Source of the DNA: Octopus vulgaris
Taxonomy: Eukaryota
Assembly (NCBI GenBank): GCA_951406725.2
Contig: OX597818.1
Location: 94,860,001 to 94,924,000, forward strand
Reading direction: 5' to 3'
DNA length: 64,000 nucleotides
A program made the translations under genes and the position numbers. The notes beneath the pieces are model-generated. The model worked only from the letters and a program-made list of their open reading frames with translations, did not search any database and was not told the DNA's origin. The first letter of the stretch is position 1. Every line of letters starts with the position of its first letter. Positions 11,900 to 25,600 of the stretch are shown piece by piece.

Positions 11900-14800
11900 A
11901 CTGAATGAGCTACTAATAGTTTCATGTATATTTAAATTGATATTTATATTTCCTTGAATGGAGTACTTTTTTTAGTTGATTCTACCTCTATTGGATCTTT
12001 AAACTATATATATATTTCTATAAATAAGGATAAGATCATTATTTAAAATACCGATTATATCAGGTAGCTAGCATGGGAATAAAAACCTCAGAGGTAATAA
12101 TTATTATTAAAATCATAATTAAGAGATAAAGAAGTTTAGTATTTACACTTAGTTTAAAGGAATATAAACACATATGTATTTCTTTGATCTACCACAACAG
12201 TTTACCTGAATGTTAAATATTTTTTTATTCTAGTAGAGAAAAAAACTAATATCTCAGTACTTTATCCTGCCATCCATATTTTGATTGAATAAAGTAGTAC
12301 AGTGAGTGTTTTATAAAGTCTGGGTGTTGCTCTAGCATTTGTGTTCTGGCCCTTATATCAAGCAAATAACTTCTATAGCAGACATCCCTGAGCCCTTCTT
12401 AGTGTTTAAGATATACAGTAGAACAGCAGATCACAATATTACTCCACTATCATTATTCACACAAATTTATTGCAGAACCAATTCCTATAAGTGTATGGAA
12501 TATAGAAAAAGGCATTTGTCAGGTGAATTTCATGTATGAATAAAACTTACTGCACTCTACTTTCCTATATTGAGTGCTTTTTTGAAACTTAAAAATGTAC
12601 ACACATTTGTATAGCTAGTTATATAGATAGATAGACAGATAGAGAGACAGACAGACAGACACACACACATACACATACATGTATGCATTGTTGTAGCTTA
12701 TTAGTTCATGCTTTTATTGGTTGTCTATAGTCACGCATCATATAAATGTATCTGCTATTCATCTTCCTTCTGGCAGTATAAAAATAAAGTGTTGAAGTAG
12801 CCAACTAATGTACAGCTGTTGTTTGGTCTTGATCTTAATCAGTAAGGATATAGATAATGCTGTTGATCATATTTTGTTAGTTATGTGACAGCTATTTTTT
12901 TTTCCTTTCTCCAACTATGTGGCATGATTTGATGTTCCTTAGATTTCCCTAACCAAAGTTTGGCTTGTACAAAACATTATGAAAAAACTTCTCAACTTCA
13001 CTTTAACTTCCAGTAAGTGGATATCAAATTAGAATTCTTTGAAATATAAGTAAAACCTTTGGAGTTTACTGAGAAAAAATATTTCTTCATTCATTTGATG
13101 GAAAACAAAAGAATCTGTTGCAGATTCTAGAAAGTTACTCAGTGACAGAAATTATGATGAAGTTTGGTTGTAGAGGAAGAATAGGAGGCTAGTCCTGAGA
13201 TAACATCAAATTTATATTTTGTGTGCTGTTTGATTTTGTAGCAGAACACAATACCACATGCAGAAAAATAGCATTTATGCTCTTGACATTAATAAAATCC
13301 TTTTTGATATGTTCTCAGAATATTGCGATTGAAAGAAGATGCAGTGTATGATAGAATCTTTATAGGTTGGATTGAAGGGTTTATGTTAGATATTAGTTAC
13401 AATTTTGATAGAAGACAGATTGTTGCCTATTGTTAAGTCAGAGGTTAGTAAAAGTCTCAGACCATATTACATGAAGCCCGAGGAAAGAGAGAGAGAATAA
13501 GGAAGAAGACTGACACACATCTTTACTTTTCCAATGTGTAAAGGATACAAGAGGCCACTTCTACAGTATTTTTGCTTGCAATCTAGCTTCATAGAATTGA
13601 TAAACAAACAAGTTGTATGTGCTTTCAATACTTTCACATTTATTACTGCAACAAAGAAGCTGGCACCTATCTACATAACTGCTAAAACTGTCACATTTTG
13701 ACAGCAAAGGCTGGATAATTAAGAAATATATCCAAAAACAATAACTTCTAGACACTGAAAATATTATGGCTAGGAAAACACGCACACATACAGATATAAT
13801 AATTCAAATGATGTGTTCTACATGAATAATAATAATTATATCCAATATCTACAGTTGCAGAGATATAATTTTATACTGGGAGTAGATATAAATAGTTGAA
13901 TGTACCCTTTGACATTACTGGTAGTGAAATATGTGAGGAAAAGCAGAGAGGTCAAGGCTGTCACTAATGGTGAGGGATTATAGTTATATTTGGCAAAAGT
14001 TATTTTCAGTCATATGTATCACTGCTGCTTATATTTTTCATCAAAAACTTATCAAATCCATTGTTGAAACATTGAGACAACGGCAGAGCTTCTATGTAGT
14101 CAAAGAATCCTTCAGAAAAGCCTCTAATTGATCTCTTGATCTGCTAGAAATAACAGTAAAATCTCTCAAATCACACCCTACTGGCTTGGGAAAAAAATGA
14201 ACACAGAAAATATAATCTTAAATACTTTGACTGAAAAAGGTATGATGATGATGATCATGGCTACAACATTCTTAATCATAGGTTCACTTAAATCAAGGCT
14301 CATCTGTGGCTAAACAACTAAACCAGCATCTGAACCAGTTCTACATAGCATTTTCACTTGTCATAAAATTTGCAGATTTAAGTATTTGAACTCGTAGCTG
14401 TCTTAAAACCTTGTATAGATTTCATGTTTTCTCGAGATATTTAAAGGTGGCTGAATAATAGACTGACTGAAAACTAATGGTGAAAACACAGAAATTATAA
14501 AAATGGGAGTGAATCCAGAAATTTCAGTTTTTCTTAACAATAAGTCCCTTAAATACACAGCTTAATTTAACATCACCTCCTGGTTTTTGGTGGGGCTTTT
14601 ACTGAAGTTCATTCTGTGGCAAACAATCAGACTAAGTTCAGTTCTCTCCCTACCAACATTTTCCTCTGCAGCTGTTTAGGCTGAGGTTCAGGGCTTTAGT
14701 CTCACCAGTTTAGGAATGTTGCCTGTAGATCCTGCCTTCTTCCATTGACTAAATTTATCCAAAATTATTAGTAATAATAATTAATAAAGGTATATATAAC

Positions 14801-15320
14801 TCATTCCAATCAAATTCTCTAATCTAAAATTTAACAAATCTCTCAAAAAATGTTTTGTACTAGTTTGTTTCTCATTAGAAACAGTAGTGATTGCTTCAGA
14901 CTTGGTTTCTTTGTGGTTTTATTTTTTTTTAATTTCTTATTTTATTTTTTTATTTTCCATATCATAATTAGCTTGCTGGATAGTATTTCTGTCTTGGAGA
15001 TTTCATTTCACATCTTTCTTTTAACATTCTAGCTGGCCCCTTCACCATCATTTTCACTGCCAACATGTCTACAGACTGCCTAGTACTATAGTGTTCAACA
15101 ATTTCTACATCTTGTGCTCAATGCAAATTCACTTTCACTTATTTTGCTGATTGTCCTAAATGACTCTTTTTCTCATGATAGTTACCATTATGAGATGAAG
15201 ATCACATTAGTGTCATAGTATTTCTTATAAAACAGTGCTGTTGAACATGAAGACACAGTTGTCTATATGTGTGTGTGTGTGTACATATATGTGTATATAC
15301 ATATATGTACACACACATAG

Positions 15321-15552
15321 GGCAGCGAGCTGGCAGAAAACATTAGCACGCCGGGTGAAATGCGTAGCTGTATTTTGTCTATCGTTACGTTTCGAGTTTA
15401 AATTCCGTCGAGGTCGACTTTGCCTTTCACCCTTTTGGGGTCGATAAATTAAGTACCAGTTACGCACTGGGGTCGATATAACCGACTTAATCCCTTTGTC
15501 TGTCCTTGTTTGTCCCCTCTGTGTTTAGCCCCTTGTGGGTAGTAAAGAAATA
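15321..15552 (+). mobile_element. tRNA-derived SINE, family A (Meta/MESC-like central domain), young copy
   Basis: A-box-like gagctggcagaa, B-box-like gagtttaaattcc, and central gactttgcctttcacccttttggggtcgataaattaagtacc. Many related copies occur in the window. Confidence 0.85.
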
Positions 15553-15792
15553 TATATGTGTATATACATATATATGTAGTTTTTTTTTTAAACTGATCCT
15601 GAGAATTTACCTCATGACTCTTGAGAAAAGGTAGTGAAGAGCGATCTCAGTAATTTATGGGAAAACAAAAGCCTTACACGAGTGAACACACATCCTCAAA
15701 CCCTCATCAGTTGACTATCAAATAGTAGTTGTAACACCTTTCTATTTGTATGTGTGTGTGTGTGTGTGTATATATATATTAATATATATATA

Positions 15793-15841
<49 letters not shown>

Positions 15842-15907
15842 TGAAAAAGGTAGCACAAAAGAAACAAAGAAATTTCAGGAAAGCATATGTATATGTATAT
15901 ATAAAAT

Positions 15908-16310
15908 GTGTATGTGGTGTGCAAGAGAACTGCACTGGTATGGCCATGTCGTGAGAATGGATGAGGATAGCTGTGTGAAAAAGTGTCACACCCTAGCAGT
16001 TGAGGGAACCTGTGGAAGAGATAGACCCAGGAAGACCTGGGATGAGGTGGTGAAGCACGACCTTCGAACATTAGGCCTCACCAAGGCAATGACTAGTGAC
16101 CGAGACCTTTGGAAATATGCTGTGCTTGAGAAGACCCGGCAAACCAAGTGAGACCATAACCCGTTGCCTATGCCAGTGGTACAACCAGCCCACTAATGCA
16201 TACCTTTCTTTCCTTGGACATTAAACTCTGTTGAGGCAAGTGATATAGAAATCAAACCGTCCAACCCATGCCAGCATGGAAAGCAGACGTTAAACAATTA
16301 TGATGATGAT
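15908..16310 (+). mobile_element. 3' fragment of an RTE-clade LINE with 3' UTR and (GAT)n tail
   Basis: ORF 15906..16151 reads LHWYGHVVRMDED...GRDRPRKTW...DRDLW, the RTE C-terminal signature. It ends in ccgtccaacccatgccagcatggaa...gatgatgat. Confidence 0.88.
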
Positions 16311-17589
16311 GTGTGTGTGTGTGTTTCTATATATATACAAATATATACATGTGTATATGTTTTATACACACAAACACATATAATGTTTATCAATATAATC
16401 AATGGTTAACTCTTACATAGAATTATGGTGTTGAAGAAGTTACATTTCTTATTTGCATATCTCTCAGTGGGGAAGTGAAAATACCTTTGATTTATTCATT
16501 CAATGTTTCACTTATCAGTTTGTTATTTTCAGTCTCTGAGCTTTTTTCCTTCAATATATTTGTGATGCACTGAGTCAAGATTCTTTTGCAAATTTATAGA
16601 AGGCCATATAGAAGTTCATTCTTATATCATCTGCAGAGTTTCTCCTTCTTCCTGTCACTCTTTATGAGAGCATCTGACTTGAGTTTTTTGTTTTATCTCA
16701 AGAAGTGTTCTTTTTAAATGGGAGACCTTGCTACCCTTAAGTTATTTATTTAAGCAATTTAAGATCTTTATTATCACCTCATAGAGACTTTTGCATCTTT
16801 CTATATTTAGGAGTAATGTTTTTGCGTATATTGGCTTTTAATGTTTATGGCTTATTTCATCTTTTACTTGTTTCAGTCAGTGGACTTATGACCATGTTCA
16901 GACATCATCTTGAAGGGTTTAATCATACAAATTGACCCCAGCAGTCTTGTACTTTTAAGATTTGTACTGCAAAGCCTGTAGCTAAAAGACCATGAGTAAA
17001 ATATAAGCAGAAGTCCATACCTATTCCTTAATGGTGTTATAAACAACAATGCACAATAATGATATGACAACCTATCCACAAACTGTAACACAATGACATT
17101 ACATCCAATATGAATAATAACTAATCATTCTATAAATCTTTGCTCAGTTGTGGACTAGTGATTACTCCATGTGTTCTTGAAATTTCATTATGTCTTCCCA
17201 AGCAACTGATTAAACATTTAATTAACATTTTCTTAATGCATTCTTATTTTCCCATATGTATCATTACCCTTTTAACTCTTTCCAAAAACACACCAAATTT
17301 CATTTATAATTCTTCCTTATCTAATAACTTGGAAACACATTATACTCTGCTCTTGTACCAAGGGCAAGAAAGCAATATGAAAATTAAATTTATTAGCTTT
17401 ATTGTAAATACTAATCACTGCATTTTTACCTTCATGAACCACCCTTAACATCTAAATTGTTAACCTCCTCTATTGAGTCACTATTTCTAGTTGTTTCAAG
17501 ACCCTCTGAGCATATTTTCCCAAGTAAAGATTCAAAATATTTGGAGTTGGAAATTAAAAAAAATATTGCTGCAGCCACCATTACTCTCT

Positions 17590-17978
17590 TTTTACTCTTT
17601 TACTTGTTTCAGTCATTTGACTGTGGCCATGCTGGAGCACTGCCTTTAGTCAAGCAAATCAACCACAGGACTTATTCTTTGCAAGCCTACTATTTATTCT
17701 ATCAGTCTCTTTTGCCAAACCGCTAAGTTATAGCGGACGTAAACACACCAGTATCAGTTGTCAAGTGATGTTGGGGGTACAAACATAGACACCCACACAC
17801 ACATATATATATATGTACGACAGGCTTCTTTTCAGTTTCCGTCTACCAAATCCACTCACAAGGCTTTGGTCGCCCTGGGGCTATAGAGGAAGACACTTGC
17901 CCAAGGTGCCACACAGTGGGACTGAACCCGGAACCATGTGGTTGGTAAGAAGCTACTTACCACACAGCCACTCCTGCG
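17590..17978 (-). mobile_element. tRNA-derived SINE, family B (CORE-like ggcaccttgggcaagtgtcttc), with internal microsatellite
   Basis: Minus-strand head gcaggagtggctgtgtggtaag...gggttcagtccc (A and B boxes) and tail ...atgactgaaacaagtaaaagagtaa. Confidence 0.82.
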
Positions 17979-18234
17979 TCACATATATATAAATCTATAT
18001 AACCTAACAGCCTGTGGAGGGTTATAAGAAGGATTTTTACCTCATACTATTTCTATCATTTCTTATTCAAGTTTTTAAGATGAATGTAATTATTCTTTAT
18101 CATTAAATTCACTCTTCCTCAGAGTGTCATTATATTAGAGGATAGCTTAGAAATTCTGGTGAATTGTTTCTTTTTATAAGCATTAAGTACTAAAATCTGA
18201 AGTCAGTTTTTTCTTACTTTATTTATTTCTTTTG

Positions 18235-18610
18235 TTTACCTTTTACTTATTTTGGTCATTGGACTGTGGCCATGCTGGGGTACCACATTGAAGTGTTTTG
18301 CTGAACAAACCAACCCCTATACTTACTTTTAGGTCTGGTACTTATTCTGTTGGCCTCTTTTGCTGAACTACTCAATTACATCTGTGTAAACAAATCAAAA
18401 CCAATTATCAAATAGTGGAGTGAGGAGGAACACAAAGACACATACACTGATATATATACACACACACAAAGGGCTTCTCCACAGTTTCCATCTACCAAAT
18501 TCATTCACATAGTAGAAGACACTTACCAACGTGCCATGCAGTAGGATAGAACCCCAAACCACGTGGTTGCAAAGTGAGCTTCTTAACTACAGAACCATGC
18601 CTGTGCCTAT
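18235..18610 (-). mobile_element. Second, more diverged family B SINE copy
   Basis: Colinear with 17590-17978 (ggactgtggccatgctgggg...ctaccaaattcattcac...gaaccatgcctgtgcct). Confidence 0.75.
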
Positions 18611-18827
18611 TTGAATATTTTTTATGGACTTATTGCTTATATTCTGTGACAAACTGGTGTACTGTGATCTCAGTCACTGATATGCAATAGCGACTAGTTA
18701 ACTAGCCCTGTGAGTCCTAAAAGTCAAGGTAGTTTTGTCCAGGTGTTGATGATGATTACTGATATTTAGTCCTTCTGTGTGTTGTTTTGAATTAATATTC
18801 AATCTCCCATGATTGTGCTTCCTGCAG

Positions 18828-18857
18828 GATGCTCTCTTTGGTCTTTTCTGGAGGAGA
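18828..18857 (+). CDS. Candidate 30-nt phase 1-1 microexon: (G)CSLWSFLEE(S)
   Basis: Acceptor gtgcttcctgcag| and donor aga|gtaacg (non-consensus +5). Open in phase 1. Could be chance. Confidence 0.25.
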
Positions 18858-19042
18858 GTAACGTCTCCTTTAGTATGATGAATTGACTGTATGGGGTTGG
18901 TTTCATGTATTAATTTTTATATTTCTCCACCACCAAGTTATCTGTCAGTCTTTTAAGAACCTTGTTATGATGATATCATTACCTTAACTGGGTAAGTGTA
19001 GTCTTGTATGAATATATGTGTGTATGTGAATATGCATAAATG

Positions 19043-19195
19043 TGCGGAGTGGTTGGCGTTAGGAAGGGCATCCAGCTGTAGAAACTCTGCCAGATCAGAC
19101 TGGAGCCTGGTGCAGCCCCTGGCTTCCCAGACCCCGGTCGAACCGTCCAACCCGTGCTAGCGCAGAAAACGGACGTTTAAACGATGATGGTGATA
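19043..19195 (+). mobile_element. Young RTE-type 3' tail (truncated LINE or RTE-tailed SINE)
   Basis: ggttggcgttaggaagggcatccagctgtagaaac...ccgtccaacccgtgctagc...gacgtttaaacgatgatg is the same tail as at 16255-16310, about 30100-30290 and about 39350-39460, but CpG-rich. Confidence 0.7.
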
Positions 19196-19464
19196 TATAT
19201 GTGATGGTTTTTCTTGTTATGAATGATAAATGAGGATTCAGTAAAATAAAGCAGTAATCATGTTCTGTGGACACGCGTGTGTCTCTTGAGGCCTTCTGGT
19301 GCCTTGTAAATCATTTGCCTTCGCAAATGAAACAAGTTGAGAACTCAGTCTGCTCGCATGCTTGTAGATCATTTACTAGCTGTTTTCTTGAGTCAATGGC
19401 AAGACCTGCTTTGCTAATGTGTGTGTGTGTGTTGTTATATTTTGGGATGGTGATAAATTCATAA

Positions 19465-19505
<41 letters not shown>

Positions 19506-19600
19506 AATATGGATGGATCAAAACAATTAGGTTCAAATTCATTGGTACTCTTGAATTTCAAGCATAATGCTATAATGCTAGTCAGCCATTTTGAATTTGA

Positions 19601-19651
<51 letters not shown>

Positions 19652-20013
19652 AATATAAGAATACATGCCTAGATGTCACTCCTGCTTTAACCAAAAATCA
19701 AAACTATGTTAGACATGGGTTACTACATGTTTACCTTCATTCTTTGTGGCTCATACTTCAAGCCAATGAGAAAGTCTCTACATCATTTCTCGACCTGCTG
19801 GAAATAGCAGCTTTATGTTCCGCAAGTCACACCTTACTGCCCTTAAATAAGATATACTGTGTGATCCTGAGTTCCCTGCACGTAGGAAACAACCGTATGT
19901 TTACAGTGGAATGTCTCTACTCATAGGCCTTCTTGGTCAGGCCTGATGGAGGTGGGTGGGGGCTAAACAACAACAGCAATCACTCATATCTACATTTGTA
20001 CATATACTAACAC

Positions 20014-20050
<37 letters not shown>

Positions 20051-21732
20051 CATGGTAGTTAATTAGTTCAACTAATCTACCATGTACACAGATTTTAATG
20101 TAAGGGGTAAACCCTTACATTTCTGGAAATAAATCCTTGCATCTCCATTCATCCTTAGCATGGCCATTCCATCACTTTGTGCTGTGTTTCGTGCATGACT
20201 TCTATTAGATTCTTTCAGTTGAATGTATCTTCATTAATCTTTTGTAGATTAAAGAGCTGCAGAGTTATAAAAATAATCTTTGCAGTAGACTTATCAAAAT
20301 ATTTTCACATGGGATAATCTTGATATAATTTTGCCTGCTGCAAACACACTCCATTATGTCAATATTCAATTGGAAACCTGCAGTGTAATCTGGATTAAAA
20401 GCTACGTTAATTCTTTGTATAACACTTCTTAAACAAAATGTATTTTTCAAAGAATCTCTCTTTATTAATTCGCTTCTGGTAAAATCTCAAAGCTGCTATT
20501 TAGAGATGGCTGCTACTTTTAAATTAGGTTACTGTTAATTGATTACTTTAAAATTATATAGTCTGTTAACTGATTAAACAAAATACCTGTTTAATACATG
20601 ATTCGGAGGTCACTAAAGATGTATTTTAAATACCTCTCATATATACCTAACTGGTTTCCATCAGGTCAATATTTTCTTTTATGTAAAAACAAAACTAATA
20701 TAACTACAGAAACTATAAACCTGCGATACTGCCTCCTAGAATGAACCATTTTTTTTTTTATTATTTTATTTTATTTCAAACTCAGCTTGTCATTTGTAGG
20801 TCAATTTGAATTGATAGCATTGTTACTTGCAATCAGTTCTTTGTATTAATACAGCTTGATGCTGCTCAGTAGTTAGTTGTGTAATGTGTCTGAGATGCTT
20901 TAGATGCTGTAGGATGGTTGCTTATGTTGTATTTTTTAATTTTCTGAAATCTTTTTTTTTTCTCTTACCTGTCCCCTCAGACCTTTCACTGATTTTTTTA
21001 ATAAAGTAACATCTCTTTCCACTCAACTGTATTTATATGTGGATTTCAGTGAAAAAAGTCTGTACTTAATGCTCATTATATGTATAATGTTAACCTACTT
21101 AACAACCCGAAATACATCCAACACTATTAACAGTATTAGTTAGTCTTTCATCAAACTTTTCTTTATTATTGTAATTTGTTTAATTTCTATATCTTCATTT
21201 CAGTAACAGACCAGACGACACTGCAGATTATTATTATTATCATAATTATTATTATCATCATTTTTTTTTTAATCTATTAAATTCCAACACATAGTATATG
21301 ATTTTATGAAATTTATAACCACTTTTTATTGTATTTTTGATTTTTTAAAAATTATTTCAGACTAAATTTTAATATTTCAGCTTTTATTCTGTTTCTCATT
21401 GGAACATTTTCTACTCTCCACCCACCTTCTAAGCTTCCAGTTCCATGTTTGATGTTGCTATGATGATTATTGTTTTGTCACCTGTGGTTCTTGTCACTCT
21501 TCTACATTGTACACAAACATTTGTTGTAAGAGTATTGTGACAGATGGTGAACACAACCTTATTTCTGACACCTCCACATCATCCAAACCCTTTCACTGCC
21601 ATTATGTTGTTCTATTATGTTAGTAACTAATCCAATGTTTTGTCTACTTTGTCAATCCAAGTCAATGGAGGCCTGAGGCCATTTACTAAAGCCTCTAGTC
21701 TATTTTGTTTCTCTTTTTTCCTTTGTTTCAAG

Positions 21733-21834
21733 CAAAGAAAGGAAATCTTATGCATGATGACAAAAGTACAGGGACAATGTGTATGGCTAGTCTGGTGAAT
21801 ATGTCCACTAGTTCAAAAGATGGCCCAACCTGCT
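21733..21834 (+). CDS. CaMKII: Candidate alternative CaMKII linker cassette exon, 102 nt, phase 1-1: (A)KKGNLMHDDKSTGTMCMASLVNMSTSSKDGPTC(x)
   Basis: Long polypyrimidine tract tattttgtttctcttttttcctttgtttcaag| and consensus donor |gtgagt. Length is a multiple of 3 and it is open in the phase-1 frame required by hub exon A. KKG...DKST recalls the Drosophila linker insert (from memory: DKKGTVDRSTT). Confidence 0.72.
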
Positions 21835-22615
21835 GTGAGTGATTGTCCTGTCAATAAATCCTTCTACCTTTTCTACACTGCCAAACCAGACAGAAACAGC
21901 TGTTCACTAGTGCAACCACTGTGTGACATTGAAAATCCCATGATATCACTGAATCCTTCAAACAGTTACACAGTTTCTATGTTGTCCACTTGAGATGTGA
22001 TGTTCACCTAGGCATTATGTCACCAGTTTGTTTTAATGCACCTTCAGCATTTTGTGAGTCTTACTACTAAGCTTTGAGTGCTTTATTTGGCCTTTGAGCC
22101 CACTGTTTTGATATCACCCAATATAATCTAGAGGAAAGAAGGATCAGTATGTAGATGTTAACAATTACTGGGGAAAAGTCAACAAACAACTAAAGGAAGT
22201 CTTTTGATAGAACAGATCTCATTAATGAACAACTGGTCATTAATATATGATGAGTAACGTGTATAGTCTACACAAGGATACTAAATAAAATTGGGTGATG
22301 TTCAGGTACCTAAACACAGCAGTGACTCCTAAGTCCTCGAACAATGTATCTACTGCAGACAACTATTGTGGCCTGCCACAATTTACTACTGCAGTCAGCT
22401 TTTATGCAGAGGCTAGAAATAACAGTTACATTTACAATGAATTACATTTTCATGTTTTAAATAAGGAAGGGTACATAGGACATGTAATCCTTTATATACA
22501 AAATGATGGAAACACATTTGAATTTTGGTCTACTCATTTAGGCCCAACCTGTACAGTCCTGTACAGTCCTGCACAGTACATCACTTACTCTGCAGCAGTA
22601 TATTACTGTCATACC

Positions 22616-22844
22616 TATTTCTTTACTACCCACAAGGGGCTAAACACAGAAGGGACAAACAATGACAGACAAACGGATTAAGTCGATTATATCGATCCCA
22701 GTGCATAACTGGTACTTTATTTATCGACCCCGAAAGGATTAATGGCAAAGTCAACCTCGGCGGAATTTGAACCCAGAACATAAAGGCAGACGAAATACGG
22801 CTACGCATTTCGCCCGGCGTGCTAACGTTTCTGCTAGCTCGGTC
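22616..22844 (-). mobile_element. tRNA-derived SINE, family A, young copy in reverse orientation
   Basis: Its reverse complement aligns end to end with 15321-15552 (about 85-90% identity by eye). Confidence 0.85.
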
Positions 22845-23697
22845 ACAGTTGGAATGTCTTTGATCACAACTCTGCTTATCTTGGGCTGATATGGAGGCTG
22901 AAGCCTGCCAATTGCTGCCACTCATCAACAATGTATGTGTTTCCCATTTTAACATATCATTAACCTAGCTACTCTAAACCTGGTCTTGTTCAATGCTAAT
23001 CAACAGTTATTTTACGTAAGTAGTTGGCTTATAAACTGACCTTTCTTTCATTAAGTTTCATGAAATCACATCTTAGTGGATTCTTTAAATTACTAGCCTA
23101 AAACATTTAATTAGGCTTTTACTGTTGTCAATCTGAAATTTTTACACCTGGAAATACCTGAAAAGATATGGAAAAAATCTTTTGTTCTTATGAATTCTTT
23201 GTTAAACAAATTTCTGCAAATTTAACTTCCTATATAAAAAAAAAATCATATTAATTTTTTGATCAATTAATAGTGTATTTAGGATAAATTTTAAGCATTC
23301 TCTGATTCAGTTTGACCAACTTTTGGGAATATAAATGTCACACTCTCTTTGTTGTCATGTGTGTACCAGTTGTGTCTGGCCTGGACAACCACCCAATTTC
23401 CTATTCTTTTGCAGACACAAGTAAACCTGATTTTTGAGGAAACTTTTATCTATCAATATGTTTATGTATATATGTATGTGTATTAAACTAAGTGTCATTG
23501 TTCTTCCCATCCTTTGACTGTATGTGAGTGTGTGTGTTTGTGCATGTGTATGTATGTTTGTGTGTTTATATGTGTGTGTATGTATATATACACACATACA
23601 CTTATATATGCATGCATACAAACACATATGTACATACATACATATGTATGTATATATATATACATCATACATACATACATACATGCGTACATACATA

Positions 23698-23896
23698 CAG
23701 CACGGAATTTTGAAAGTGAACAGGTCGCGGTCTCGAAGCGACGAAAATATTTTGACAAATTAAATTTAAATGTTGAATGAATCTAACAGATTTTGTGTGT
23801 TTATTAAATGGCTTATAAACATCTTCCACGCTGCAATTGTCTTCATTCCAGCACATGATCTCAGATCAGGTCACTTGCTATGCAAGTACATCTCTG

Positions 23897-23900
<4 letters not shown>
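23698..23900. repeat. Unclassified CpG-containing interspersed repeat fragment embedded in microsatellite
   Basis: Complex island (aacaggtcgcggtctcgaagcgacg...) sharply bounded by (TACA)n and (TA)n. Confidence 0.4.
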
Positions 23901-23932
<32 letters not shown>

Positions 23933-24364
23933 ATCATAACATAGAGTGGTTGTGAAGTTCAAGCTGTTTTCATGGTTGTGATTTCAAACCATACTATTTG
24001 ACTCATTCTCTTGTGGCCATGGCCCAAAGCAGATGACTTTTTTTTTTGTCTCAGTTTGTCTAACAAACAGCCATACCACTTACAGTTGAATGTTGATGTT
24101 TAGAAAACCATCTGGATGTAAAAATAACTGATCCTACAACATACAAATGCACAAATTTGAGGCAGACAATACTTTTGTCTATCATCAGCATGGTGGTTGT
24201 AGTAAAGGTGGTAAGACTTGAGCTCACAATTACGTGGTCGCTCATCTGAAACATTATTGTCACAATTACTGTTCTCTCCCTATAGTTATGTGTGTATTTG
24301 TGTAACTGTATATACATATGTATGATATATGTGTGTTTGGTTAAATTATATATATATATATACA

Positions 24365-24918
24365 CGAGCAAAACGCCCCACCATCCAATGGACGGTGCTG
24401 AGTTGTCAAACATTTAAACCAAATTTTCTCAAAACAACTTGTCTGACCATCCCATAGGCCTCCCCTTTGAGAAACACTGATTTAACCTAAATTTGAGACA
24501 CCAGCAAAAGAAGAAATAAAGATAGACTTTTTTTCTATTCCAACGAAAAACGATTTTATTCACACAAATATGCAACCAAAGAGTTTAAAGTACCAGTAAT
24601 GATAAGGCTGTTGACTGGGAGAACACAAACATGGTTTAAACAGTAAGCTTGGCAGGAAAGAAACGTGCCTTTAAGCAGTACAAAACCAACAAAAAATGGA
24701 AGGTGCAGTTAGGTACAGGTTGACAGAAGAAAAGCAGAACAAAAACGGCTTTATTGATCGCATTCTCACCTGTAATCAATTTTTGTAATTTTTTCAAGAC
24801 TTATACATGCCCTGATACCGTCAGTATCTACATATCAAATTTGAGTGCAATCGGATGGCGGATGCCCAAGATCCTAGAAGACACTCACACAGACAGACAA
24901 TGGATTTTATATAATAGA
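24365..24918 (-). mobile_element. Non-autonomous Helitron-like element (554 bp)
   Basis: Minus strand starts A|TCTATTATATAAAA followed by (CTGT)n-like sequence. It ends with hairpin CACCGTCCA-T-TGGATGGTG (24379-24397) about 10 nt before CTCG|T (a CTRR variant). Inserted at A^T with no TSD. Confidence 0.72.
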
Positions 24919-25270
24919 TATTTCGGAGATGTACTTGCCTAACAGGTGATTTGATCTGATATTGTGTGTTGAAATTAAAACAATTACAGCATGGAAGATG
25001 CCCAGCAGCCATTCAAAAACACAAAAAACTGTTAATTTCACTTAAACATCTATTATTAGTTGTGAGTAACCCGGTTGCAATTGGTGTAGCAAAAATTTTG
25101 ACAACAGCCTTGTATGTTTTTTTGACTGGTCCAATATGTGTCATCTTCATTGTAATTATACATACATATACACACACATGTATGCATATATATTTATGCA
25201 CACATACACACACATATGCATACACACATACACCATATGTTTATGTATATGTAGGTCTGTGTATGTTTGC

Positions 25271-25314
<44 letters not shown>

Positions 25315-25561
25315 GTCTGTGTGTATGTATACAAACACATGCAATTACACATTTTAAAACTAGATAAAAGAGAAAGATCACTTCTCTCCTGAACTTTGAT
25401 ATCCCACCCAAATTGTTAAATCGATACTTAGCATATTTCCACATACATTTTACACAACATATTTCTATATCTTCTATTAAATTTTGTGTTGTTGTTGCTT
25501 GCAGCATGTTCTCCTGCTTTCTTATTCAACTTCTCTTTCTTTTTCCTCCCATTCTCTCTAT

Positions 25562-25600
<39 letters not shown>

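Noticed and set aside
21204-21280. Acceptor followed by an in-frame VTDQTTLQ plus poly-Ile tail and stop
   Set aside because: The poly-Ile is an (ATT)n microsatellite, with no donor or other support.
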